A DNA stretch of 64,000 nucleotides from Eledone cirrhosa (Eukaryota), in NCBI GenBank assembly GCA_964016885.1, contig OZ024741.1, positions 214,396,001 through 214,460,000 of the forward strand, given 5' to 3'. Positions within the stretch are counted from its first letter, which is position 1, and each line of letters opens with the position of its first letter. Positions 1 through 14,112 of the stretch are shown here, piece by piece. The translations under genes were made by a program, and so were the position numbers. A model generated the notes under the pieces. That model made no database searches and had not been told where the DNA came from. It saw nothing but the letters and a program-made list of their open reading frames with translations.

Positions 1-8
1 ACATATAT

Positions 9-82
<74 letters not shown>

Positions 83-117
83 GTATATATATATATGTAC
101 ACATGTTCACACACACA

Positions 118-156
<39 letters not shown>

Positions 157-186
157 AGATCAAAAGATGGTTAAAGGAGTTCCATG

Positions 187-257
187 TATTTTATTATGCG
201 CATTTCAAAAACAAACATCATCATGCAATAATATTTGTGTTTTCATCAGATAAAACA
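187..257 (-). ncRNA. Type I hammerhead ribozyme motif (intact core)
   Basis: Minus strand: UGUUUUAU-CUGAUGA-[16-bp stem II, 15/16 paired incl. G-U, loop GCAU]-GAAA-UGCGCA-UA-AUAAAAUA. Stem I is 8 bp, stem III is the self-complementary AUGCGCAU, cleavage triplet AUA. Confidence 0.85.
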
Positions 258-313
258 GGAGGACATGATATGAAGGCTAAAAAGTGTTTTTTAGCCTTCA
301 TATCATGTCCTCC

Positions 314-384
314 TGTTCTATCTGATGAAAACACAAATATTATTGCATGATGATGTTTGTTTTTGAAATGCGCATAATAAAATA
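314..384 (+). ncRNA. Type I hammerhead ribozyme motif (mirror copy)
   Basis: CTGATGA 322-328, stem II 329-364, GAAA 365-368, ATGCGCAT, N17=A376, stem I 314-321/377-384 with one C-A mismatch. Confidence 0.82.
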
Positions 385-601
385 CATGGAACTCCTTTAA
401 CCATCTTTTGATCTTATATATTATGTATACTCCAGTCCTACAAACTGTAGAGTGCTTCTTATCCGATATCTGCATTGCTTTATTGTACTACAATAAAACT
501 CACCTCCTACATATATATATATATATACATGTGTGTTTGTGTATATATATATACAAATGAAAGGTATAGAAAACATTGTAGCAAAAAGCCAACAGTATTC
601 C

Positions 602-639
<38 letters not shown>

Positions 640-677
640 GGAATACTATATTATATATATATAATTGTGTGTGTGCT

Positions 678-709
<32 letters not shown>

Positions 710-1079
710 CACACCGGTGTGTGTATACAGACATGCGAGTTATAACTGATGGATAGATGGAGTTAGTCGGATTATAGGACATGTATATTCAACACACTTA
801 CACACACTCACAGACACACATAACATATACATACACCATAGACATAGTTTAGTGTTGCAGGGCAACTTGTTGTTATTTAAGCAGTCTCGCACCAGATTTT
901 CCCTGCCTCAGTGATAAACACTCCACCACCACCACCAACTCTATAACGGAAAGGGGACCACTAAGCTTAGCCTAGCCTAGCCTATTTTGACACCCAAACC
1001 CAATTACATACATTATCTTGAAAAGGGGAACCTCATTTGTGTATGCCTAACTACGTTTAGCAATCAAAAATATAAAATG

Positions 1080-1260
1080 ATTTGGCAGTATCGGTAGAGG
1101 GCCGGACGCCTTGCTTTGACGCATAGAGTTACGGCCCTTGTCATTCTGAGTTCAAATCCCGCCGAGGTTAACTTTGCCTTTCATCCTTACGGGGTCGATA
1201 AAATAAAGTACCAGTAATATACTTAATAATTGATGACCTTGTGCCAAAAGTAGAAACAAT
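1080..1260 (+). mobile_element. tRNA-derived SINE, family A
   Basis: A-box TGGCAGTATCGG, B-box GAGTTCAAATCC, central CTTTGCCTTTCATCCTTACGGGGTCGATAAAATAAAGTACCAG, tail GGCCTTGTGCCAAAAGTAGAAAC; more than 15 copies in the window. Confidence 0.85.
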
Positions 1261-2179
1261 ATATATATATATATATGTGTGTGTGTGTATATATATATAG
1301 AGTCAATGGCCATCCAAAATCACCGGGAGAGATGACCCCTTAGCCTTTGTCAAGGCAGAATTCTAGGAGAAGGAAAACTCTGATATAACACCTGCAACCC
1401 TGATGGTATCCAATGATGTTGACTTGTTCTTCTTTTTGGTAAATATCATCTTGGTTAAGAGAGTGGGACTGGCTTTGTGCAGTGCCTTTGCTCACTATAA
1501 AAGCTTCACGGCACAGGCATTGCTTTATATCTGGAGATCTCTCTGCACTTGTCGTCACATGGTACCATGGGCCCAACACTATGTGTCAATAATTGTCACA
1601 AGTGTAGTGTTTGTACCAGAGTTTTCAAGTCGCTGGCTGGACTAAAAAGTCACACTCGTTCAGCGCATCGGTAGGGGTTCTCCTACATGGATATAAAGTA
1701 GAGGCCGTACTCGAAAACGAGTTGGCAGCCACCATATATATATATATATGAATATTAATATAAATGGAAAAAATGAAACGAAATTTCATTTCTCACTCTT
1801 AGTACGGCTGATACTTAAATGTAAGTATGTATACGTACATACATATATGTATACAGACGTACGGTAGTATGTATATATATATACATACATGCACATATAT
1901 ATATGTACGTATGGATTTACCGAACATTTATTATAATACTCGGTTTGTTTGTAAACAAACATCCCGAATTAAGCCGTACAGTGTCTAGCAAACATCGTTA
2001 CTCATTTGTTCAACACTGACAAAGGAACGATGTACTAGTTTCCAGCTTATTAGCTATCGTCTGTACTGTATACCTTCCTGTCAGATGATTGAACGTTTGA
2101 AAGTATATACTTTCCTTATGCATATTAACGGCTGAGCAGCCTAATTTGCACACATACGCATTAAATTTCTGTTTATCTA

Positions 2180-2249
2180 TTACATATACATATAAACAGC
2201 TACATATACACATATATATATATTTGTATATATACATTGAAAAAAAAAT

Positions 2250-2280
<31 letters not shown>

Positions 2281-2547
2281 AATATATATATTTGAATATG
2301 TATATATATTTGTATATGTATATATATTTGTATGTGTGTATATGTATATATATTTGTATATGAATATATATATATATGTGTGCGTGTGTGTATATATATG
2401 TGTGTGTGTGTTTATATATATATATGTGTGTGTGTGTATATATATGTGTGTGTATATATACATATATGTGTGTGTATATATATATTTATATATATATATA
2501 CATACACATATATATATACATACACATATATATATATATTTACACAC

Positions 2548-2578
<31 letters not shown>

Positions 2579-2618
2579 TGTAAATACACACACACACACA
2601 CACATATATATATACATA

Positions 2619-2657
<39 letters not shown>

Positions 2658-2670
2658 ATATATATATATT
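2180..2670. repeat. Compound (TA)n/(TG)n/(CA)n microsatellite
   Basis: Direct inspection. Confidence 0.95.
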
Positions 2671-2671
2671 T

Positions 2672-2830
2672 ATAATTGTTTCTGGCACAAGGCCAGCAAT
2701 AGCCAGTACATTACTGGTACTTTATTTTATCGACCCCGTAAGGATGAAAGGCAAAGTCAACCTCGGCGGGATTTGAACTCAGATCGTAAAGGGACATAAC
2801 TATGCTGGAAAGCATGGCGTCCGACGCTTT

Positions 2831-2837
<7 letters not shown>
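2672..2837 (-). mobile_element. SINE family A
   Basis: Reverse complement of the family A core and B-box (GGATTTGAACTC). Confidence 0.85.
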
Positions 2838-2867
<30 letters not shown>

Positions 2868-2956
2868 ATAGGGAGCATACAGGGCAAAGATAATGGATAA
2901 AAAAACAACGGAAAGACGAACAGACAACCTCTGGAAGTATCTACGGTTTCCATATA

Positions 2957-3028
<72 letters not shown>

Positions 3029-3458
3029 TATGAGAGTGTGAGAGAGTGAGTCTGCGGTCGGGATTACATCTCTCTATATATATATACATATATACATACA
3101 CACATTATGTCGACAAAAGGGGACATACTTAGTCGAATACTTGGCCACCATAACAACTTACTATGTAAATATACACACATATGCGTGTGTATCATGTAAA
3201 TATGCACACATATGTATATACATACATATATATGTGTGTGTGTGTATAAAATACAATAAGGTCACCATTTTTGAAAAGGAAAGTTTTGTGGTTTTACGTT
3301 CTTCGTTTTATGGGATGTAAACTAAAACTGGGTTACTGCTACCATATATATATATATATATACACACATACACACAAATGCACACGCACGCACGCACGCA
3401 CACATACACACAAACGCACACGCACACGCACGCACGCACACATACACACAAACGCACA

Positions 3459-3525
<67 letters not shown>

Positions 3526-3942
3526 ACATGCATGCATACATACAAGCAGGCATATAAGCACACACGCACTGGTACACAGGTGCACGCACACATACACACA
3601 CGTTCATATCTAAAGAAACCTCTGGCATTTCTGTAACCTATTTCGGAAATCTCCCTTTCCTTCTCATTCTCTTTCTCTCTCCCTCTGTGTTTTTTTCAAC
3701 CGATTTCTACCATTATGGCTAAGTTCATGCTGGAGCAATACACCAAACTTACCAACAAATGCGTGTATATGTCTGTGTGTATGTATAAATAAATATATAT
3801 ATTAGAGAGAGTGTTTAGATTAATAAGACCATGTTCAACTAATTACTCAATACTTTGGAAAGTTATATCAACATGCCATCGAAATGGCATGAGCTCAGCC
3901 GTCGGGTATTAACTATTTACATCACACACACACACATGTGTG

Positions 3943-4166
3943 TATATATCGACAGTCGATCGACTTTCGTCAAATCGGACCGAGGAAACAATGTTTCCGT
4001 TGGTCTTTCCAGTTGCTAGTATTATCTATCGGTGGCAACTCCAAGTAGAAGGTGCAACGTGAAATAAAGTGTCTTGTTCAAGGACATAACGCATCGCCCG
4101 GTCAGGGTATCGAACTCACAACCTCACGATTGCGAATCCAATTCTCTAACCACTCATCCACACGCC
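3943..4166 (-). mobile_element. tRNA-derived SINE, family B
   Basis: Minus strand reads GGCGTGTGGATGAGTGGTTAGAG...GAGTTCGATACC...GTCCTTGAACAAGACACTTTATTTCACGTTGC. Confidence 0.8.
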
Positions 4167-4181
4167 TATGTATATATATAT

Positions 4182-4332
4182 ATGCGTTATGTCCTTGAGC
4201 AAGACACTTTATTTCACGTTGCTCCTTCTACTTGGAGTTGCGACCGATAGATAGTATTAGCAATTGGAAAGACCAACAGAAACATTGTTTCCTCGGTTAG
4301 ATTTGACGAAAGGAGATCGACTGTCGATATAT
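4182..4332 (+). mobile_element. 5'-truncated SINE family B copy, inverted relative to 3943-4093
   Basis: About 150-bp reverse complement of the adjacent copy with scattered mismatches. Confidence 0.8.
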
Positions 4333-4759
4333 AAACACACACTCATACACATACAAGTTGTTGAAGCTCCGTCAGTTAGGACGACAATTGCTCCAGCTGG
4401 AACAACAGTAGAACATTCTATACACACATGTATTATATACTTCACAACAGATACTATACACACATGTATTATATACTTCACAACAAAACATGTAGACCAT
4501 GGAATGTGTATGTATGTATGTATGTATGTATGAGTAAATATTAGACATATATATTCTAGAGGTGTGTGTTAATGTGTTTATATATGAGAGAGAGAGACTT
4601 TGTGTTTCTCTCTCATGTGCAAACTTGCTCACACCAGGAATAGTTCCCCCATTCCCACTCCACTCCAGCCCCACTCGACTCCACCCCCACTCCACTCCAC
4701 CCTATCCACCAATTTCGAATAGTTGCCAAAATCTCAGACTCCTGATTATGACTTAGCAC

Positions 4760-5200
4760 AACACCGTAACCATCATCATCATCATCATCTCCACCACTAC
4801 CATCATCATCATCATCACCACCACTATCAACACCGTCAACATCACTACCAATACCACTGCCAACATTCCCACCATGATCATCCCCACCACCAACACCATC
4901 ATCACTATATTTACCATCACCATCGCTGTCAACATCCCCACAAACACCACTGCCATTATCATATCACCATCACTACCAACACTCCCACCAATACCACTGC
5001 CAACACCCCCCACCGTAATCATCGCCATTACCAACACTACTGCCACAACCATTACCTCCACCACAATGAGCACCAGTACCAATTTAGACACCACCACCAC
5101 TGCCAATGTCACTATGACCAATACCATCATTACTACCACCACCACCACCAATGCTACCAGTGTCATTATGAGCAATACCATCACCAATCACCACACTTCT
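4760..5200. repeat. Degenerate (CAC/CAT)n trinucleotide tract
   Basis: Direct inspection; gives poly-His/Thr spurious ORFs. Confidence 0.9.
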
Positions 5201-5405
5201 GTTATTACCCTTAATAACACTTGATGCTGGACCTGTCTTATGTTCTAAATATTAAGTTTTACTACGTATATATAGCATAGTTGATGTATATAGTTATATA
5301 TACAATACGCATGTGACTGAATACACATGTGTGTTTTCCTCCCATTTTTTTTTTTTTTTTCCATTTTTCGCCCATTCCTTCATTTTCTCACTCTTTTATA
5401 TTCTC

Positions 5406-5439
5406 TTTCTGACAAAGGACGTGTGTCCGAAACGCCAAA
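5406..5439 (+). ncRNA. Degenerate minimal hammerhead motif
   Basis: TTT-CTGACAA-A-GGAC-GTGT-GTCC-GAAAC-GCC-AAA; core substitutions make it probably inactive. Confidence 0.45.
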
Positions 5440-5522
5440 TCTCCTTTCTTGCAATTTCAAGTATTAGGCTAATATATTTCTTCCATGTACTGTGTTGTTG
5501 TTTTTTCTTATTTCTTTTCACC

Positions 5523-5579
<57 letters not shown>

Positions 5580-5640
5580 CACACACACACGTATATTGTA
5601 TGGGCGATCAAATATATATATTGTATGAGCGATCAAAGTT

Positions 5641-6148
5641 GATGGTAGTTACGGAGTAAAAACCTGGGACGATCTGATAAATTCCGACCTTACACACTTA
5701 CACCTCTCTAAGACAATGTCACTGGACCGAGATATTTGGCGCTACGCAGTAATACAGAAGACCCGCCTTGCCTATGAACAAAGCGAAACCTACAGTCAGT
5801 AGGCACCTCTTAACCAAATATACACCCCAATAAACTAACGCTACCTTATCCTGCCACTCACACCAACACCACCCTCTCTCTGTAAAGTTGGTACCACAAC
5901 ATCCATCCAGTCCAAATAAATGAGATAATGAGATCGAGGTCGGAGATGTAGGTAACACAGTAAAAAGTTCCCAGTTCCACACTGTAAATGTGGTTGGTGT
6001 TAGGAAGGACATCCACCCGTAGAAAACCTGCCAGATAGTCCTATATGAGCAAGACACGGTCACCCTACCAACATTGCCTCAAGTGGGACAACTCCCGTCT
6101 AACCCATGCTAGCGTGGAAGATGGACGTTAAACGATGATGATGATGAT
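5641..6148 (+). mobile_element. RTE-clade LINE 3' fragment (ORF end, 3'UTR, (GAT)n tail)
   Basis: Similar to the end of the RT ORFs at 16291-16728 and 39396-40406; ends GGACGTTAAACGATGATGATGA. Confidence 0.85.
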
Positions 6149-6155
6149 ATATATA

Positions 6156-6261
6156 TGTTTCTACTTTTGGCACAAGGCCAGCAATTATCCAGTACATTAC
6201 TGGTACTTTATTTTATCGACCCTGTAAGGATGAAAGGCAAAGTTAACCTCGGCGGGATTTG

Positions 6262-6262
<1 letters not shown>
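6156..6262 (-). mobile_element. SINE family A, partial
   Basis: Core and tail in reverse complement. Confidence 0.8.
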
Positions 6263-6299
<37 letters not shown>

Positions 6300-6539
6300 A
6301 TATATATATATACATATACATTATATATATATATTATATATTATATATATATATACATTATATATATTATATATATATTCATACATTATATATATATATG
6401 CATTATATATATTATATATATATATATACATTATATATATATATATATATACATATATACATTATATATATTATATATACATATATATATGTACATTATA
6501 TATATTATATATATACATTATATATAATATATATATATA

Positions 6540-6727
6540 GGCGGTGGTTTGGCAGTCTCGGTAGAGTGTCGGACGCCATGCTTTAACTCAAAGAGTTACG
6601 TCCCTTTACGCTCTGAGTTCAAATCCCGCCGAGGTTGACTTTGCCTTTAATCCTTATGGGGTCGATAAAATAAAGTACCAGTAATGCACTGGGTATTTGC
6701 TGGCCTTGTGCCTAAAGTAGAAACAAT

Positions 6728-6728
<1 letters not shown>
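6540..6728 (+). mobile_element. SINE family A, full length
   Basis: GGCGGTGG start, A-box and B-box, core, tail. Confidence 0.88.
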
Positions 6729-6729
<1 letters not shown>

Positions 6730-6767
<38 letters not shown>

Positions 6768-7350
6768 TATATATATTATATATATATTATATATATATAT
6801 ACATTATATATATATATTATATATATATACATTATATATATATATTATATATATACATTATATATATATATTATATATATACATTATATATATATATTAT
6901 ATATATATACATTATATATATACATTATATATATATATATTATATATATACATTATATATATATATTATATATATACATTATATATATATATATTATATA
7001 TATACATTATATATATATATTATATATATACATTATATATATATTATATATATACATTATATATATATATTATATATATATATTATATATATATATTATA
7101 TATATATATTATATATATACATTATATATATATTATATATATATACGTTATATATATTATATATATATATGCATTATATATATTATATATATATATATAC
7201 ATTATATATATATTATATATATATACGTTATATATATTATATATATATATGCATTATATATATTATATATATATATATACATTATATATATATATTATAT
7301 ATATATATACATTATATATATATATTATATATATATTATATATATGATGA
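6730..7350. repeat. (TA)n-based satellite with TACAT/TAT interruptions
   Basis: Direct inspection. Confidence 0.95.
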
Positions 7351-7563
7351 TATATCTATATATATGTATGCTTGTGTTTGTGTGTGCATATTTGGATATA
7401 ATGAAGAAAAAACTTTAAACATTCACATGTTTTTTATTAAATTAATTAATGCACAATTAATTAATTGGCGACTAATTATAATATAATGCAGCAAAATATT
7501 GTGTGAATATATAAACACATTCTATTTACACATAAACACGCAATATATATATACATTGTGTGT

Positions 7564-7617
<54 letters not shown>

Positions 7618-7627
7618 CTCTTTGTAT

Positions 7628-9250
<1,623 letters not shown>

Positions 9251-9708
9251 TATTAAATAAATGGAAACTATATTTATAAAACCATATTTATTCTATTATA
9301 TATATTTCAAGGGTACAAAACTTTGGTACGCTTGAGCCTTGAAATATATAATAGAATAAATGTGGTTTTATAAATATAGTTTCCATTTATTTAATATCAT
9401 TGAATATTAAACTCCAAAATCTGTCGAGTGCTCTGAATCAGTTATAAACATTTATATTTGTTGAATTACCAACAAATTAATTTGTTGGTAATTCAACTAA
9501 TATAAATGTTTATAACTGATTCAGAGCACTCGACAGAATTTTTGGAGTTTAATATTCAATGATATTAAATAAATGGAAACTATATTTATAAAACCACATT
9601 TATTCTATTATATATTTCAAGGCTCAAGCGTACCAAAGTTTTGTACCCTTGAAATATATATAATAGAATAAATATGGTTTTATAAATATAGTTTCCATTT
9701 ATTTAATA
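9251..9708. repeat. Nested palindrome (hairpin of hairpins)
   Basis: Loop-less symmetry centre at 9478/9479 (AACAAATT|AATTTGTT); each arm ends in its own ~146-bp hairpin (9251-9397, 9563-9708). Confidence 0.92.
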
Positions 9709-9866
9709 TCATTGTATATATAATATATATGTATATATAATATATATGTATATATAATATATATGTATATATAATATATATGTATATATAATATATATGT
9801 ATATATAATATATATATATATATATGTATATATTATATATATGTATATATAATATATATGTATATA

Positions 9867-9900
<34 letters not shown>

Positions 9901-9904
<4 letters not shown>

Positions 9905-10029
9905 CAGGATGGATTCAATTTGAGACTGGTTAGACCATTACTCAACAGAGTACTCAATACTTGGTAGTAGAGTATGGTTATATTATAAAGAGTCAGAACC
10001 CTGACAGCTGAGCTCTTGCTATTTACACA
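9901..10029 (-). repeat. Right arm of ~128-bp inverted repeat
   Basis: See 7628-7755. Confidence 0.92.
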
Positions 10030-10083
10030 GCCATTTCCAAGTATTGTATACTTTCTAATCAGTTTCAAATTGGATCCATCCTG

Positions 10084-10153
<70 letters not shown>

Positions 10154-10444
10154 ATAATAATAAATGTGAAGACTATAATCCAAAGAGGGCTCAATAAGGA
10201 TAATATATTAAAAAAACTGTAGAGCAAATATTTATTGAAATAACAGATTAAAGTTTTAGCAAAAAATTTCTGCTTCCACCCTTAACGGCTTTCAGAAGAT
10301 CCCATAAATGGTAAAAGCAGCGATTCTTTGCTTAAACTTTAATCTGACATTTTAATAACATATGATGTCTAGGACACTGACAAGTTATGTATGTACCTAA
10401 ATGTTCTGAAGACTGATTTTAATCACCTGTTTAGACATTCCCTA

Positions 10445-10491
10445 TGCTCTGATGAAAACAGACATCCCTCTGGAAGAAACAATTGTCAGCA
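10445..10491 (+). ncRNA. Minimal type I hammerhead motif
   Basis: TGCT-CTGATGA-[aaaCAGAcatcccTCTGgaa]-GAAAC-AATT-GTC-AGCA: palindromic stem III ACAATTGT, GUC triplet, 4-bp stem I; the base of stem II is unpaired. Confidence 0.7.
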
Positions 10492-10664
10492 AATAAATCT
10501 ATTAAACTAAGATTTGATTGTTCTAACACTTTGTATCTCAGCTCTGTAATACACTTGATAATTTGTATTGAGCCTTTTATCCTACTGGTAACCGGCTCAT
10601 ACATAGTACTACCATCCATATTTATAATTGTATATTAAACATATATAATTATAAATATTATTAT

Positions 10665-10714
<50 letters not shown>

Positions 10715-10787
10715 TCTTAACAAAATGTATACATGCTTTGATTAGAAACGGGTTCAAGTGTGTATACATTTTTGGGGACACCCTGTA
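10715..10787. mobile_element. Tc1/mariner-type terminal inverted repeat remnant
   Basis: Right end ...TTTTTGGGGACACCCTG-TA (reverse complement TA-CAGGGTGTCCCC); degenerate inverted partner AAAATGTATACA at ~10722. Confidence 0.55.
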
Positions 10788-10811
10788 CATATATATATAT
10801 ATATATATATA

Positions 10812-10984
10812 TGTCTAAAGTCTCGCAAGCCCAGAGGCTTATCAGGCCGGTGCTTATCCTGGTTTTATATAGCGTTAAGCGACTGAGAGTAAAAAACTCC
10901 CCCTGGACAGGATGCCAGACCATCGTAGGGTTATACTCCCAGCTATTGATGGTACTCATTTTCACTTGAGTATACTGGAGCAAT
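10812..10984 (-). mobile_element. SINE 3' portion, V-SINE-like domain
   Basis: Minus strand TTGCTCCAGT...AAATGAGTACC...CGATGGTCTGGCATCCTGTCCAGGGGGAG; related sequence at 50865-51110. Confidence 0.6.
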
Positions 10985-11000
10985 ATATATATATATATAT

Positions 11001-11380
11001 AAGTACAAAGTGAAACCTACTACAGTCAGTAGGCACCTCTAACAAAAATACACCCCCGTCCCACTACCCCCACCCCATCCACACTACCCTTTCAATGTAA
11101 AGTTATGTTGGTACCACAACATCCAGTCCGAAATAAATGAGGTCGTGTAGGTGTCACGACAAAAAAAAAACACACAATCCACGCTGTAATGTAGGTAACA
11201 CGGTAAAAACCTCCCAGTCCACACTGTAAGCCTGGTTGGTGTTAGGAAGGGCATCCAGCCGCAGAAAACCCGCCAGACAGTCCTATGCGAGCAAGACAAC
11301 CACTCTTGCCTCAAGTGGGAAAACCCCCGTCCAAACCCATGCAAGCGTGGAAGATGGACGTTAAACGATGATGATGATGA
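11001..11380 (+). mobile_element. RTE LINE 3'UTR fragment with (GAT)n tail
   Basis: Highly similar to 16727-17118; flanked by (TA)n. Confidence 0.85.
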
Positions 11381-12159
11381 TATATATGTGTGTACATATG
11401 GTGTATATATAAATATGATATGTGTAGATATGTATATTATAATACAGTTATTAAGTGTTCCTGGGTCTCACCAAATTTGGTACATGGGAAACAAATAAGA
11501 GTGTATATGTTGTGTTTGTGAGTGGAATATGTGTATATATGTTTGTGCATATAAGAGATTATAAGTGTGTATACCTATGAATGCATGAAAGTAATGAGTA
11601 TATATATATATATATATGTGTGTGTATTGAAATATATACGTATATATATGTGTGTGTGTGTATTGAAATATATACGTATACAAAAGTGTATATTTGCATG
11701 TAAATGTGTCTATATATGCATACATGTGTGTGTATATATGTGTCTTCATGTATGCATATATATATATATATACCCACACACATATATATATATATAATAT
11801 ATATACATATAGATGTGTGTGTGTGTGTGTGTATCTTTGTCTGTGTGTGTGCATTTATGTGTGTATGTATATATACATGCATGTATGTGAGTGTGTTAGT
11901 GAAACACAACACTCAACTAATTAATCCTGCCTGTATACATTTTCACTGGACTGAACTAATAACATTTTACCCCCTTCTTGCCTCCATTATAACTTCTACC
12001 CCCTTGTCTACTCCTAACACTATAGCTTCCCCTGCTGCTGCACCACCCCTACCACCACCACCATACTTTCTACCTCCTGCCAAACTTATTATTACCTCCC
12101 TTCCTGCTCTTACCTCTCTTCTTTCTTACTACCTCCTCACTTCTCTTATTACACACTTT

Positions 12160-12600
12160 TGCCACCGCCACCACCACCACCACCTACTCATACCACCACT
12201 ATTAACATCAACTCGTACTACCACCATTACCACCAACTCATTCCACCACTAGCACCACCAACTCACACCACCACCACCACCACCAACTCACACCACCACC
12301 TACTCACACCACTACCACCACCATTACCACCACCTACTCACACCACTACCACCACCACCACCATTACCACCAACTCATTCCACCACCAGCACCACCAACT
12401 CACACCACCACCACTACCACCACCACCAACACACACCACTACCACCACCACCACCATTACCACCAACTCATTCCACCACCAGCACCACCAACTCACACCA
12501 CCACCACTACCACCACCACCAACACACACCACTACCACCACCTCCACCATTACCACCAACTCTCATCACCACCAACCCTCACCACAGCACACACACACAC
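12160..12600. repeat. (CAC)n-based tandem repeat with higher-order units
   Basis: Direct inspection. Confidence 0.9.
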
Positions 12601-12669
12601 TACTACTGCTACTCTGTCACCATACTTTACCCCTGCTCACATGAATATTTACCACCATAACCACATATA

Positions 12670-12860
12670 TAATTGTTTCTACTTTTGGCACAAGGCCAGC
12701 AATACCCAGTGCATTACTGGTACTTTATTTTATCAACCCTGTAAGGATGAAAGGCAAAGTAAACCTCGGCGGGATTTGAACTTAGAATGGCAAGGGCTGT
12801 AACTCTATGTGTCAAAGCATGACGTCTGACCCTCTACCGATACTGCAAATCCACCGACCT
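12670..12860 (-). mobile_element. SINE family A, full length
   Basis: Reverse complement of the consensus. Confidence 0.85.
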
Positions 12861-12864
12861 ATAT

Positions 12865-13350
12865 AATAACCAAACATAATAACCACCATAACCACACAAA
12901 ATAACCACATATTTACCACCAATAACGACATATTACCACCAATAACCACACATTTACCACCATAACCACACAAAATAACCACATATTTACCACCAATAAC
13001 GACATATTACCACCAATAACCACATATCTACCACCAATAACCATACATTTACCACCAATAACCACACACTTACCACCAATAACCACATATTTACCACCAA
13101 TATCCACATATTTACCACCAATAACCACATATTTACCACCAATAACCACACATTTACCACCAATAACCACACATTTACCCCTAATAACCACACATTTACC
13201 ACCAATAACCACACATTTACCACCAATAACCACATATTTACCACCAATAACCACACATTTACCACAAATAACCACATATTTACCACCAATAACCACATAT
13301 TTACCACCAATAACCACACATTTACCACAAATAACCACATATTTACCATA
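12865..13350. repeat. 21-bp minisatellite ATTTACCACCAATAACCAC(A/T)(C/T), about 20 copies
   Basis: 7-aa periodicity (GKCVVIG) in the ORF track. Confidence 0.93.
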
Positions 13351-13477
13351 TAACCCATATATCTAGCACTAATAACACAAAGTCTACTTTTCTAAATACA
13401 TTTTACTACAAATTTCTCTGTTAGCATTAATCATACACAGCTACCATCTCTCTAACTACATACTGACTCTCACTACC

Positions 13478-13742
13478 CCTCACACCTCTTCTCTACCTCT
13501 TACCATCTCTCACACCTCTTCTCTACCTCTTACCATCTCTCACACCTCTTCTCTACATCTTACCACCTCTCACACCTCTTACCTCTTCTCACACCTCTTC
13601 TCTACCTATTACCTCCTCTCACACCTCTTCTCTACCTCTTACCACCTCTCACATCTCTTCTCTACCTCTTACCACCTCTCATCACCTCTCCCACCTCTTC
13701 TCTACCTCTTACCACCTCTTCTCTACCTCTTACCATCTCTCA
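13478..13742. repeat. ~29-bp pyrimidine-rich minisatellite (CTCACACCTCTTCTCTACCTCTTACCA(T/C))
   Basis: Direct inspection. Confidence 0.88.
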
Positions 13743-14112
13743 AAGTACACACTACACTACCTCTTACAGCCACTCTAACTACAAACTACCACTCACACTA
13801 CACACCACCACTCACACTACACACTACCCCTCACACTACAGAGCCACTCACCATCATTCACCACCTCTCTAACCAAACAAACCCACTCTCTAACTCACAC
13901 CATTTCTAAAAAGAATTAAGTAGTTAACTAGTGGTATATTAAGGACATGTGGGGGTTATATATTTGGGGTTTATATTTCACTTCCCCCACCCTCTTTTGT
14001 CTTGCCTATCCCTCTCATATTTACCATATCTACAGACTCTATTTTCACAGAAATACTAGTAACAGTTGCCCACCCAACAAAATGGTTTGATTTATTAGCT
14101 TACATTAGGTTG

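Larger units (their letters stand above)
147..424. mobile_element. Near-perfect palindromic (fold-back) element carrying two divergent hammerhead motifs; probably derived from a Penelope-like terminal repeat
   Basis: Arms 147-283 and 288-424 are reverse complements (about 137 bp, one mismatch at 253/318) around a ~4-nt centre; flanked by (TA)n on the left. Penelope origin is inference. Confidence 0.75.

Noticed and set aside
1300-1732. Possible LINE 5' region (GGAGAAGGAAAACTCTGA motif)
   Set aside because: Only a short recalled motif; no ORF or second copy in the window to support a call.
4723-5224. Poly-His ORF
   Set aside because: (CAC/CAT)n low-complexity sequence.
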